Origin: the human T2T-CHM13v2.0 reference genome, Homo sapiens
Reading direction: 5' to 3' (one strand)
NCBI RefSeq assembly: GCF_009914755.1
Contig: NC_060936.1
Length of the DNA: 64,000 bases
In this document: piece after piece, positions 27,900 through 42,370 of the stretch
How the letters are laid out: every line of letters begins with the position of its first letter
Position numbering within the stretch: position 1 is the stretch's first letter
Made by a program: the position numbers and the translations under genes
The notes under the pieces: model-generated
What the model saw: only the letters and a program-made list of their open reading frames with translations
The model's database searches: none
What the model was told of the DNA's origin: nothing

Positions 27900-28349
27900 A
27901 TGATGAAAACACATGGACACATGGAGGGTAACACACTCTGGGGCCTGTCAGAGGGTAGTGGGTGGGAGGATGGAGAGCATCCAGAAGAATAGCAAATGGA
28001 TGCTGGGCTTAATACCTTGGTGATGGGATAATCTATGCAGCAAACTACCATGGCACATGTTTACCTTGTAACAAACCTGCACATCCTGCACACGTACCCC
28101 TGAACTTAAAAGTTGAAAAAAAATCTTAAAAAAGTAGAAACTCTTTTGTGCCTTGCTGTTTCACTACCCTGGGACTAAAGAAAGTGAAACTGTAGGCTTC
28201 TGTGATCCGACTTGCCTCTAGGACAGTGGTTCTTGACCTGAGCACCATAACAGTCCAACTTGGAGATGTGCAGAAAGTAAAACCATACAGCTGAGTAGGG
28301 GAGAGCCCAAGCTAAGAAGGCAAACCCCAATTTTATCTCGTAATGGCTG

Positions 28350-28465
28350 TTTTCCTTTGAGCAAATTTCCTGGGCTTTGGGTGAAAAATGAAAATAATAA
28401 CAATGCTTCTCTCATAGCACTATTGTAACAATTAAATGAGATCATAAACACAAAGCACCTAACTC
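28350..28465 (+). mobile_element. MIR fragment
   Basis: TGAAAAATGAAAATAATAACAATGCTTCTCTCATAGCACTATTGTAACAATTAAATGAGATCAT. Confidence 0.7.
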
Positions 28466-29315
28466 AGCCAATATAACTCCCACTGTTAATTTGTACTCAA
28501 AATCAGTAAAGAACCCAGGTTGCAAATATGTGTGTGTGCACTCATATATAATTGATTTATTTTAGACACATTATCCCTATGGCAGCATGACTGTTACTTT
28601 TCTGCTATGGTCCAAATAACTACTTCATAATTCATTTATTTTGTCAACTTTAATTTTTTTCAAAGTGGACCACTTTTCTCTAAGCTTGTCATCTACAAAT
28701 TATGGGTGCTTTTAAGACAGATTACACATGTTTTTTTCTATTCTTAGCTCCTCTTGTCATCTGCACTCCAATGTGTAGTAGAATAGATTGTCTATTGTAG
28801 GCTTTCTGTAAAATATTTTCAAATGAATAAATAGCTACAAATTTAAATTTTGAAAAAAATGTAATGAAAATTTTTTATCAAAAGATAAAATGTGTTCATT
28901 TGTCTCCAAATATTTTAAGTTGAGCATACCTTAACTGAAATATCTATGTCACATTTTCCTTCTTAGGGAGCAATTGATGAGAGAGTTTCTATTTCATAAA
29001 ATTGTTTAACAGTCAGGAGGATGCTGAAGGACTGACAGCTCACTTATTATGATTTCCTATTTTTTAAAATAGGAAACTAAAATCCAAATTGACCTAGAGA
29101 GTTGGCTTACCAAAGACTCAAGTCATGTTCATCAGGTTTCTGTACCAGGCTGCATTTAATCAAAATCTCTTGCTAGCTACAGAGCTACAGCCAAGATCAT
29201 GGTTAATCTAACAGCTTCTAATGGATTTAAGAGTATTTGTGTTTATTGAGAAAGAAGTACATTAGCATTCACTCCATCATACCCTCTCAAAATCTCTTCC
29301 CCTCCTTTCAAAAGT

Positions 29316-29337
29316 ACACACACACACACACACACAC
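29316..29337 (+). repeat. (AC)11 microsatellite
   Basis: Read directly from the sequence. Confidence 0.95.
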
Positions 29338-29377
29338 TTTTTACACGCTCAGCTAAGAGCCGCTTGTAAAATCCATC

Positions 29378-29396
29378 TGGCCACCAGGGGGCCACC
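29378..29396 (+). promoter_or_regulatory. Predicted CTCF binding site
   Basis: TGGCCACCAGGGGGCCACC matches the CTCF consensus TGGCCACCAGGGGGCGCTA at the first 15 positions; lies in unique sequence. Confidence 0.65.
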
Positions 29397-29759
29397 AAGA
29401 GAATGAAAAACCAGAACAAACTCCTGCCTAAGAGATCCCCCTTATTTTGTCAAGAAAACAATTGTGTGGATTACTAGAATATAAAAAATATTGTCTTCCA
29501 GAAACTGGAATCTTTGTTTAAATGACAGCACTATAGCTGCTTAATGTCATTCTGCCGGTAAAATATAGTGTAGCCCACGAATTTAGATTCAATACATTTT
29601 CATTCACTAACTGAATTCAAATCGTCATTTTCTTTCAACAGTAACTGGATATTCTACAATTTTAAGAAATTACTATTCATTTTTATTAGATAAATTGTAC
29701 TGGGGATAGTTTTTTTAAAGTTCTTAGCTTTTAGAAATATATTTTAACTATTTATTTAT

Positions 29760-29932
29760 TCATAGGTTTGTGGCCTAGGAGCAATAAGCTATACCATATA
29801 GTCTAGGTGTGTAGTAGATAGACCATGTAGGTTTGTGTAAGTACAATCTGTGTTGTTCACCCAATGATGAAATCACCTAACAACACATTTCTCGGAACAT
29901 ATCCTTGTCATTAACATATCACCTTATGACTG
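29760..29932 (+). mobile_element. Tigger3 (Golem) right-end fragment
   Basis: CCTAGGAGCAATAAGCTATACCATATAGTCTAGGTGTGTAGTAG ... ATGACTG terminus. Confidence 0.88.
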
Positions 29933-30117
29933 CATTATAAGAATTTGGGGACATTAAAAATTATATAGAAATGAATGTATGTACACATAGCTACACTTAT
30001 TTCCCCCAAGGTAGAATATTGTCGTGTTGGACCACTGCTGAAATAAGTGCTTTACATGCAAACTACAGGCAGATTCCTTCTTTCCTCCAAGTGCATCTGT
30101 GCCTTAAGGACTTCGAG

Positions 30118-30320
30118 TAGTGACTGTCAAACAGTATCCTGCCTCAGGGGATATCTGGCAATGTTTGGCAACATATTTGGTTGCTACAACTTGGAAGGAG
30201 GGTGCTGTTGGCATCTAGTGGGTAGAGGCCAGGGGTACTGCTAAACAATGTGCAGCACAACCTCCAAACACAGAATTATCCTGCTCAAATTATCAGTAGT
30301 ACCAAGGTTGAGGAAGCCTG
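30118..30320 (+). mobile_element. MER20 (hAT-Charlie)
   Basis: TGGCAATGTTTGG, GGCATCTAGTGGGTAGAGGCCAGGG, AAGGTTGAGGAAGCCTG. Confidence 0.9.
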
Positions 30321-30939
30321 TCTTAGAGTCACATTATCTTAGATCTGGAAGGAGCCTTAGTTCCATACAATACCTTCATACTTGAGATCAGAAGGCAAGA
30401 AAGGTTTCTTTTTTTTTTTTCTCAATAAGTATAGAGTCCAACATTTCTGATACTGAATTAGGCCTGAGTCCCTGAAAATCCTGTTAAAAATAGCTCAAGG
30501 TAAATGTGTTTTCGTCAGATTTATATTTTGTGGTATATAGTGCTCTCAACTGAGAAGATTCCAAACTCAAAGATACCAGTGTGGTTAATTTTGGCCTCTC
30601 CCTTGTACAAAGTAAGTGCTCAGGAAAGTTGTTGAATCAAATCCAGGTAGTACTCACTACAATAAGAAACTTGATTTTTTTCCTCCAACAATTTGGATCA
30701 AAATTCATTGTCCGAATTTGATATGTTGAAAGAGATTGTTTTGGGGGGAAGATTTATGAATGTTCATGGTCATCTTTAAACATGGGAAATCAATTTAAAG
30801 ATCCATTTTCAGCACTTTTAAGTTGTCTTCTCCCAGTATCATTCAAATCACATGGAGTCTCCATAGAGTTATAGAGTGGGATGGAGATAGCAAGGCTAAC
30901 CTACATTAGGTAATGTTAAAGAAATAAACATATCTAAAC

Positions 30940-31760
30940 ATACCAACATGATAACATAACAAGGACATATAATTTCAATATATTAGTGATTTATATAGGC
31001 ACTTCAAATGGTCTTGAAATAGAAAATCAAGCCCAAAACATCCCCAGTAGATGTATGGATCTGAGCATAGAAGTTCTAACAACTATCCACATCACAAAAA
31101 CAGAGGTGACCGGCCATTACATGCCCCTTGTTGGAGGAACACATCACTTCCTTTGTATTTCTCCCCATCTCCCCAAAAAGAACTGGAACATTATCAAGCT
31201 ATGTAACTACCGATTTACAAGAAACCCAGACTACAGGACGTTCTGTGGATCAAATGACCTATGTTCTACAACTAACAAATTGCAAAAAAGTTTGCAAAGA
31301 AATGAAGATGAGGAAGGATGTTTAGATGAAAGAGACTTAAATGACACATTAATCAAAAGCAGAGCCAGGCATGTAGCTCAAGCTTGTAATCCCAGTGACT
31401 CAGAAGGCTGAGGTGGGAGGATCACTTGAGGCCATGAGTTGGAGACCAGCTTGGGCAACATAGCAAGAACCGCCCCCCACATACTCTAAAATAAATAAAT
31501 GAAAGCAGGCAAAACTAATCTTTAATGTTTAAAGGTGCACATTTGGGTGATAAAACTGTAAAGAAATGAAAGAAAATGATTAAAGTACAAAATAATAATG
31601 TCTTTTATGAAGGAAAAAGAGTGCCTTGATTGAGATAGGATACCTGAAGGATCGCTTGGTTCACAATCAAAAGTCTCTCTCTTCATCAGAGAGATATAGA
31701 TGTTTAATAATTCACTAAGCTCACACTTTTTTTGCAGTTTCCTGTATATTTTATAATAAA
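30940..31760 (+). mobile_element. Old L1M (L1MC/MD-like) 3' UTR remnant
   Basis: AGAGACTTAAATGACACA, GGCAAAACTAATCT, GGTGATAAAACTGTAAAGAAA-type blocks. Confidence 0.6.
31363..31500 (+). mobile_element. FLAM (free left Alu monomer)
   Basis: Single monomer GGATCACTTGAGGCCATGAGTTGGAGACCAGC with A-tail; TSD AAAGCAG on both sides. Confidence 0.88.
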
Positions 31761-32409
31761 TGATACTCTAAATTTTACAATAAATATTTTATTAAAATTA
31801 TATTTTATTATAAATAACTGTTTTACAAAAGCAAATGACTTCTGGTCTAACATTTACTCACATATCCCAGGTGATCTCACAGACTTGAGGGAATCACATA
31901 CAAAAGTTCTACACAGTGCCCGCAGTGCCACAGAGTGGGCATTGCCCACCAATATTGGCATGATATAAGCAGAGTTTGAGTTAAATGTTCTTAAACCATA
32001 CTTTTAACACAAACTTTTTCCTCATATTTGCAGTCTCTTAGTACTTTAACTGACACCAGCTGGGAAAAAAAATGACTTTCTAATATAAAAGGTAGTAGGT
32101 GTTCCCATAATTGTAGTGCTTAATTACTATTTCTACAACAGTTTACTACTATTGAAAACTCATATCTCTAATCCATCATGTATAATGATAAGTACGCATG
32201 TTTAGCAAAATTACATTAGCATTTCATTAAATATACAGAGTAAAATGGGTGACATTTCAAAAGCCCTAATGACTTGTCGTTTGCTGAAATTGTTGAAGCC
32301 AGCAACCCTGATCGCTTTGCTCATTTGTAGCCCAGTCTCGACTATCCATGGGTAGATTATCCATAGGAGACATTACATCAAAATTCACATTAACAGTCAT
32401 CCTTTTGGT

Positions 32410-32600
32410 CTACAGATGTGAGTCCAGAAGGACACTTTAGAAAACATTTGTTCCGGTGCCTAATTTCACAGATGAGGACAGCAAAACTTGGAGAGGTTAA
32501 ATGACTTGCCCAACGTCAATCACCTGATAAATGGTAAAATGATGGAACTAGAACCCAGGTTTGTTTAATGCCAGGACAGCATTTTTTCCATCAGCACCAT
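32410..32600 (-). mobile_element. MIR SINE
   Basis: TTTCACAGATGAGGACAGC...GAGAGGTTAAATGACTTGCCCAA; GAACTAGAACCCAGG. Confidence 0.8.
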
Positions 32601-33189
32601 TTGATCATTTGAATAATATATATACTTTATTATTTTTCAAGTCTTATAGAATTTAACCTGTTTCTAGGAAGTTTACCACACGTGTTACTTGTGATCCAGA
32701 AATAACTACCACCACCACTACTATGTAGAGAAACCTTGTGTTTGTGCTTCAGTGTAAAAATACACAGTCTCTAGCACAGCTCTCTCCCATTTTAAAGCTT
32801 TGATTCTATGGAATTTATTTTGCAATTCTATAAGTTGTAGATAACTGATAGCAGTGCAAAAATAAGTCTTGTCTCTAGACATTTAAGTTCTCTACAGTGG
32901 CCGTTCAATTGTTTCCCCATCTCCACTATGGAAGAAATCAGTTTTGCCTCCATTTTTACATCCATGTTAATATTCCAAATCTATAAATGTGTCTATTCTT
33001 AGGATTCTCTTTCGAACAGGTTATAATATCTGTTTGGTTATTTTACTGATTAATATGTTAAATAAAGTTTTTAACGTGTTCATTTTCAGCTGTATGAATG
33101 TCATGGTTTCCCTGTTTATTGAAATTATCTTTTAACGACAACTACTACTTCTTGAAACCACATTGTTAAACTAAGAAAAACAACCAGCA

Positions 33190-33410
33190 ACTACTACTCC
33201 TATTTACTTGTACTAGCTCATCTGACTTCCACAAAAATCCTATGAGGTAGGTAAATCCTATTATGATTTCCCTTTCACAAATAAGGTGTCTGAGGCCCAG
33301 GGAGGTTAACAAAATTGCACATGGTAACACAACTGTTGTCAGACCTAGACCTTGATGCCCAGTTTCATCTGACTCCAGAACTCACGCTGTTACTCATAAC
33401 ACTGTATTGA
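33190..33410 (-). mobile_element. MIR SINE
   Basis: AATCCTATGAGGTAGGT, CTGAGGCCCAGGGAGGTTAA, CTGACTCCAGAACTC. Confidence 0.82.
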
Positions 33411-33947
33411 CTGTCAACACAACACCATTTTAAACCAAGTTATTCTGTCTGCTGGAGAATAGGAGCAGAAGTACTATTTAGAAAAAAGACCACTCAAGTA
33501 AAACTGATATTTGGAAACATTTATTATATGACTGCATTCATACCTATTCTGAAATATGAATCTGAATCTGGACAGGAAGGAGGGATCATCACAAGGCCAA
33601 GAGAATGAAGTTGAATCTATTTAGCTCTCCCTGAGTTTATTATGTTTCAATTATGATATTAAAGATATTTTAAATTCTTATACTATTACAACCTAAATAA
33701 TATGGTGCAATAATACAAGAAAAAATATTATCTTAATGTCAATAGAAAAATGTGTTAAAATGTTTGCTATCAAGGGTTATTTCCTAATTTCCTTCATTAT
33801 TCTTAAAAAACATAGTTGAACCATATCACCAAGTTCAATAAAATATAACCAAATTGTACACAGATCACATCTTTATTTATCCAACAGACACTTTCAAAAC
33901 GTTATTTGTAAACATTTTCATACAAAAAAAGAGATGTAAATTTCTGA

Positions 33948-34275
<328 letters not shown>

Positions 34276-34819
34276 TGTCCTTATTAATTTTTATGATTGC
34301 TTGTGAATGAAAGCCCATCTTTTGGCTTTCCATTTTTGCATTTCTGAATGTTACCAAATTTCTCTATCCTCTGGATTTTCATGGTATTCTTTTTCATTGT
34401 TCTCTTTTGGAACTAATTACATTCCATCTTTATTTATTATCAGGGTCATTTTACCCTAAATCTTTGCCTTTAGGGCCATTAGCATAGGACTGCAAAGTAA
34501 TATGGTAGTAAGTCATAGCTCCAAGTTTATCAAAACTATAACTGTCCACTGATGAAAACATTCCCCCATTGAGAATTAAGACCTGTACTTTGGCAGAACC
34601 TAAGTTCAAGGTAATGGAAAATGTAAATCTACAAGTGGGTTGGTCAGTAAGAATTATACTGAGAGGCTAATGATAATTTTCATTCATTGGTTCCAAAACT
34701 CATGTGTTCTAGCCCTTGAGTAAATACTTATTAGCCACAGGTTCAATGTGCACTTCACATTCTGCAAGACATTGTCCCTGAGCACGATTGGAGCATTTTC
34801 TAGGTCTGTCTCTTCAACC

Positions 34820-35760
34820 TCATATTCATTATTTATCAAGTGTGATGCATGCTGTCTCCAAAACTTTTCTCACACTTGACTCCACTAATACTGCTTTGTT
34901 TCAAGTCCTTTTCATCTCCTGCTTGACTTTTGCAATTGTTTTCTAACTGATCCTTTTGCTTTTTCTCTTTCATCCATTTTCAGTGGTGTCAGTAAGCATG
35001 ATCCAAATGAAATGGACCTCCTGCCCTATTTCTAAACCTGCATTTGGAACTGCTTCCTATCCCTATTTACTTTTTACTGTATTACTCATTACTCCACCTA
35101 CAGCTTCAGCTGACTCTTCGAACTTGACCACTGGCACCACCTTTTGCTTACTTTGGCTGCATTTTTCGAACTGTATTTTAAATCCTCCCTCTGGCAACAC
35201 TGCCTTAAGCTATCTTGGTCCAGTCTACACCAGGACTAGGACAATGAGGTCTGGACTGGACTACTGTGGACAGTTCTCTTGCCAAATATGCCCTGGCCTG
35301 CCAAGAAAGACTTGGACTTTTCACCACTGAAATGGCTGTTTGTTATGCCATGGATGCTTTATATATGCAGTCTCTGTCTAAATGTCCTCCCTTGCTCCCT
35401 ACTGGCAGGATTACCATTCAAGAATCTGCTAATGTATTGCCTTCTCTAATACATCTCCCCTAGGCACAATAAAAGTATTCATGCATTCTTATAATACTTG
35501 ACACATAGCAGTCATAGTACCATTACTCTCAATGGCAAAACTGCAATTACTTTTGCACCACCTAATAAGATTTGTAAATGTTTATTACATGCTGGTCTGT
35601 GTTAATCACAGGTATTTCACTGGCATATGTGAATCAGTCAGCTCCCAAACTCTGGACTTCTTAAGGGGGGAAATCTATTCTCTTTTCCTTCAATGTCTTT
35701 CCTTCATTGTAGCCCAATTCAAGGCCATATAATTAGTGTTCATAAACACTGAACTAAATT
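34820..35760 (+). mobile_element. L2 remnants (fragmented)
   Basis: TCATCTCCTGCTTGACTTTTGCAATTGTTTTCTAACTGATC and other L2 3'-like blocks. Confidence 0.55.
35520..35567 (+). mobile_element. MADE1 (Hsmar1-derived MITE) partial
   Basis: CCATTACTCTCAATGGCAAAACTGCAATTACTTTTGCACCACCTAATA. Confidence 0.85.
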
Positions 35761-37077
35761 AAATCAAATTGTTTGAGATATACTCAGTTTACCATCTTTT
35801 CTTAGACATAGTTAACAAAACAGTAATTTTTCCATATTATGCCACTTAACACATTCAAATTTCAAACTTAATTCTTGCCTGAGTCATTCTTCCAGATGAC
35901 TGGGTTCAGTCATGCATAGCAATTCAATTTACCCTGATTTTAACCTCTTGTTACAATAATGGCTTCCAGGTCAACAGAAAGGACTTTAAAAGCTATTCCA
36001 GTAAGGATTGGTGAAGGTGAAGGGAGAGGAGAACAGGCAATAGCCCAATCATGTTTGGTACATGGCATGTTTGCTGTACTTTCTGTCGTGTGTGTGAGGA
36101 GCTCTGTTTAACTGACTTGAGGACTGAAGTACTGAACAAGCAAAGAATTGCTCAACTCCCTAGGTAGGTGGGTCTCAGTCAGTATTGAACAGGCAACCCT
36201 GTCATTTCAGTGTGATCTGTACTTGTTGGGAAATTGCTGTATGGTGTATGTACAACGTCTTTGCTGCTCACCAAGGTTGAAAACATTTAGTAGTCCACCC
36301 ATGGGAAACTGAGAGTCTGTCTAGCCTCCAGCCATTGAAGCTTGAAACAAATTAAGTTCCCATCTCTCTCCTGGCTATTTGGGTTTGAACAATCTCTAAA
36401 GTGGTCTAGTAAACAGGCAGACAAGACTCCACTTGAGATGTAACCCTGTGTATAACCTAAAGCTAAGGAAAGTTTATGGAATCAACAGGCTGGGGCATGT
36501 TAGCTCTATAGTGAAAAATCAAAGAATTGCAATTTAGAGGTAGGGGTAGGGCAAGCCTGTGCTGTTGAATAAAAATGAATGCAATGTGTTTTGTTTTTTC
36601 AACATGTCTCAATGTGAGAAGGAGGTCAGAAAAGCTATGGGAGTGTTCAGAAAGTGATCTGTGTCACTGAAGTGTGGCAATGGGCCTGTGTAAATTAAAG
36701 ATCTAAGCCAATGTGGAAAACACATTTTCAGCAGTAAATAATGTCATTTAAGGAGACTGATTGCCAAAGCAGCCTCATTGCCTAATGGGGGCCTAGTCTT
36801 TCATTCAACAAATATTTACTGCCTGGCCCTGGAGCTGGCACTGCAGTGCATTGGTAAGCAATAACCCCTGCCTTGTAGTTTTAATATTTTTATATAAGAG
36901 ACTAATAAAAAACAAATACAAAGACTTTTTTTAAACCCTGCAATTTGGAATAAGGTCCTGAAAAGGGTGAAGGGAGTGCTGGCGTGCTGTTCTTTCAGCC
37001 ACTTGGGCAAAATACGCAAGGATATTTCTATTCTGACCTATATTTGTAGAAAGTCTCTCCCCAAAACAATGATCTAG

Positions 37078-37078
<1 letters not shown>

Positions 37079-37114
<36 letters not shown>
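37079..37114 (+). repeat. (CA)18 microsatellite
   Basis: Read directly from the sequence. Confidence 0.97.
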
Positions 37115-37117
<3 letters not shown>

Positions 37118-38021
37118 CAAACCCTAATTCTTGTGATGCCTCAATTCAGATCTGTCCCAGCCATGAATTTTGATTGCTCTGCACTTTCCCATCAGTCAAC
37201 ATGAAAGACTAGAAGGCCTGAATTATATTCATAAAGGACGCAATTGCTTATGGAAATATGACTCTAAGCTTAGAGTTTAGAAGTTTAAATTGCCCAGATC
37301 AAGATCATATAAATTACATAAAATAAATGACAGACCCGTTTTTCCATTTCATTTAGTCTAGATACCTATGGATCCTGCTTGTTTAATATGTAGTAATTAT
37401 AATGTCACCTTCACACAAAATGCAGTAACTCTGTTAACAGTCTAAAAGAAAAAAAAAAATCATATAGGGGAAGAATTGTAGAGCAGCTGCCAAGAAGCTA
37501 AAAACAACAAAATTATCATTAAAAGATAGACTTAACAGTACCACATGGCAGAATTAATCTCTCCTGACCTAATGACCCACGTATTATGTTACCGAAATGG
37601 CATTTTTCAGAGGAAACATTTCTGCCCATCCTCTCACCCAGAACAAAAGCCTAATAAAATTTAGATTTTGAAGAGTTGGGTGCCTAGCTCTGTGGTACAC
37701 ATTCTGTAATTGTTTATGCGTATTTATCAATCAGATTGTAAATATTTCAAACGCAGACATCCATTCAAAGTCTTATTTTTATGTATCACAAGTATATACA
37801 GTCAGGTTCATTGTGCCTTTAATTCCTTCAGCTCTCTTATTTAGTTATTCATTCATTTATTTCAACAAATAATAAACATCTGTGAACACTATACCCAGGC
37901 CAAGAGCTAGAATACTGGCAACTGGTTGCAGGTATCTGGGTTCCTTCCCATCCTGTTTTTGGGCGGAAGTTTCCAATACAAGCTATCCATCATTCTGCCT
38001 TTTGTATTTTTATTTTTTGTG

Positions 38022-38407
38022 TGTTATGGACTGAATGTTTGTGTCTCCCCAAGGTTCATATGATGAAACCCTATCCCCTGATGTGACGATATGTAGTGGG
38101 AAGCCTTTAGAAGGTACTAATAATTAGGATTAAATGAGGTCATGAGGGTGGAGCCTCTTAGAAGGGATTAGTGCCCTTCTAAGAGTCACAAGAGAGCTTG
38201 CTTCCCCGCTCTGCTCTACACTGTGTAAGGATACAATTCAAAGTTGGCTGCCTGTGATCTGGAAGAGGGCCTTCACCAGAACCGGACCATGCTGGCAATC
38301 TGATCTTGGACTTTCAGCCTCCAGAACTGTGAGAAATAAATGTCTATTGTTTGTAAGCCACTTGGTCCATGGTATTTTTGTTACAATAGTACAAGCTGAT
38401 GAGGACA
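38022..38407 (+). mobile_element. MLT1A0-like MaLR solo LTR
   Basis: TGTTATGGACTGAATGTTTGTGTC ... CAGCCTCCAGAACTGTGAGAAATAAA ... GACA. Confidence 0.9.
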
Positions 38408-39720
<1,313 letters not shown>

Positions 39721-41544
39721 AGGTTTGTTAGACAATTGTACTAAGCAGTCTAATGGTAATTGATTCTGGATAGGAAAGTGTTTCTAGACAAACACTCTCT
39801 AAATTAATTTAGTTTCAGAATGCTAGCTTTTTCATAAATAATACATTTATAGATATTCTATTCATATTGTTTGACCTATATGGCTAATCTGTTTTTGCCT
39901 TAGCTGTGGACCTACAGTTTTACCACCTAATAACTCCAGAAATTTCAGAGCAAAAGTTGGTGAATCTCAAAGGCAAGGGATGTTTTCTGAATGTTGCAGA
40001 TTCTTTAATTTATATACATATATTAATTTCAACTTGTTGGAGGTTTAACCTCCTGGGAAAATGAAACTCTTCATTTGGACTTGAATTGTATTAGACCTAG
40101 GATCTGTTCTTTGGGTAGGTATAGATTATTTTATGCTTTAAAATGCCTCGATGTTTCTTTGGGGACTAAAATACACAGATCAAAGTTAAAGACTGTAAGA
40201 AAGATAATTTTCTTTTTTTTTTCTGTTATATAGGGATTCATTTCATTTTATTTTTTAAAAAATGCAAGTTGTATACAAACTCCTTGGGAAGCTATAAATC
40301 ACTGTTCTACTGAGATTGTCATACGTAGGGGTAACAGGCACCATCTGCAATTCATCTCATAGACTCCATTTGAAAATACCAATTTTTCTTCAGTCTGTCT
40401 GAAGGGATTGTGAGGGATGGTCTGACAAGGAAGACAACCAGGTCTTCCTTTGGGTATCCAAATACTAACAAAATATCCAATCTTTGCTAGGTATTAGAAA
40501 AGGGAGAACAGAAAGTTATCCCAGAAAGCCAAAATCATAAGAATACAAATTTAAAAGCCAGGATCACAGAATTATGACATACAAGGTGTCTCCAGTCTAA
40601 ATTCTAGAGATGCAAATTTTCTAGAAAACCCATGGCACTTCTCCAGGTAAAATGATGATGATGCATTCATATCTTGCATGATGATATAGCCCCACTGGGA
40701 GAAAAGGTAGAAATTATGTAGTGAAAACTCAGTTACTAGCCTCTCAAAACAAAGAGACTTTCTTTTCATAATTAGAATTTGTTCTTATTTTTGGCAAAAA
40801 ATTAGAGATAGATTTGTTTTTGGAACTCAAATGTCATTCGCTATGTACCAATCAGCACCGAATTGTATGGTTGCTTTTCAGAAGAAAACATAGTTCATAT
40901 TCCAGTTGCAAATACCATCTCCTCACAGATGAACTTAAAGTCAGTTTGAACAATAAATAATCTTTTGATTTATTACACCTTTCATTTTATGATTTCTAAT
41001 AGCTGCACAAAAATAAGTCGACCTGTGTTATTTAGTTGAATATCTTGTTTCTTCATTTTCACCAGTGTAGGCTTTTGTGATTATTTCTAGTGTAAGTACA
41101 CATTGTCATCCATAGATAGAAATTAACTGTTTTGTAAATTAATTCTCACAAAATAGTTATAGTATACACTTTTATTTAAAGTGTCCACTATTAATGTGCA
41201 ACTTGCTTTAAGTCATCTTTAATGTAAACTGTAAGCTTTCTTCAATAGATGCAAAAGATATCCACAATAGTGCCACAGTGGTAGATGATTTGAACAGGAA
41301 TGAAGAGAAACAGAATGGAATGTAAGTTGCTAGTCACAGTGACTAGTGGAGATTCAGCAATGGGGTGGTGCCCAGTGGTCACTATCCAAACCACTTTCAG
41401 TAAAATCACATCCAAAGAATCAAACAACATGCCTGACAAATGGTCTGTGGGAAGGGATGCAGCAGGTACTCAGTGAATTCTGACTTTGAGTTAGATTATA
41501 TATCCCTTAGCTTTCCACTTTCTAGGGTAAAATAGCACTCTGGC

Positions 41545-42370
41545 AGGTTTTAACCAATCAACCAACAAATGTGTATTGAGTATCTACAATGTACCTGGTA
41601 TTTTGAGGGAAACAGACAAACACATCTTATTCTCAAAGAACTCACAATTTATATGAAAAAGCATGATTTTAAGTATATAGTTAATCATTTTAACTTTTAA
41701 AACAATTTTGTGCATTCCTTTTCTTTTTTCTTATCTTGTCATTCAACAAACATGCTTTTTACATATTCAATACAGAAAATACAAGAAGTCCCATAGGGGA
41801 CAAAAATATAAGTGATATAATTTCTCTCTCCTTAAAAAAGTTTAATGTCTACTAGGGAAGGTAAATATAGTCATACAGGTAACCACGATGATAGCACTGA
41901 ATTTGGGGTTAGATAAAGTGTGCTGATACATTTAAAATGCTTAGTGTTTGACACATAGAAAAATTCATGAATTATTTATTATTATTATCTTGTTAGTATT
42001 ATAGCTGAGTCTGCACAGATGTGTAGGGATTTGTCAAATGGAGAAGAGAAAGAAGGGTATGACTTCTTCTACATATACATTAACCTCCTTAACTCTGTGT
42101 GTTTACAGCCTCCTCCTTTCTCCTAAACTTCAGATCTACATTCTCAGCTTTTTATGGACTCTCTCCTTGGATGACAGCATGCAGGCTATAGTTTAAGGGG
42201 AGGCAAGAGAGGGATTAGGCAATTAACAGCACATACAAAGAGAAGACCCAGGATGCTTGAAAATTCCCTAAATGTCAAGGATAATAGAAGACAGAAAAAT
42301 CAAAGAAGAAAACAGAGCAAAGGCGTTCAGGGATAGTAAAATATCACAGATGCCAGAGTGAAGGCAGAGG
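41545..42370 (-). mobile_element. L2 fragments
   Basis: CAACAAATGTGTATTGAGTATCTACAATGTACCTGG; CATTCAACAAACAT; purine-rich L2 antisense blocks. Confidence 0.55.

Larger units (their letters stand above)
21323..28132 (+). mobile_element. Full-length (~6.8 kb) inactive L1PA element (about L1PA11-13) with a long 5'UTR
   Basis: 5' GGGGCCAAGATGGCCG (YY1 motif); ~1.66 kb 5'UTR, ORF1, ORF2, 3'UTR and A-tail in the expected order. Confidence 0.96.

Noticed and set aside
29053-29076. 11-bp-arm palindrome TTTCCTATTTT-tt-AAAATAGGAAA
   Set aside because: Low complexity and AT-rich; plausible by chance in 64 kb
30519-30617. Apparent 93-nt exon (TTTTCGTCAG ... AAA|GTAAGT) with an open frame
   Set aside because: The donor lies in an L2 3'-end-like motif (AGTAAGTGCTCAGGAAAGTTGTTGAAT) and the peptide is unrecognisable; likely chance
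32266-32399. Minus-strand 44-codon ATG ORF (MTVNVNFDVMSPMDN...) in unique DNA
   Set aside because: Length expected by chance; no promoter, splice or homology support
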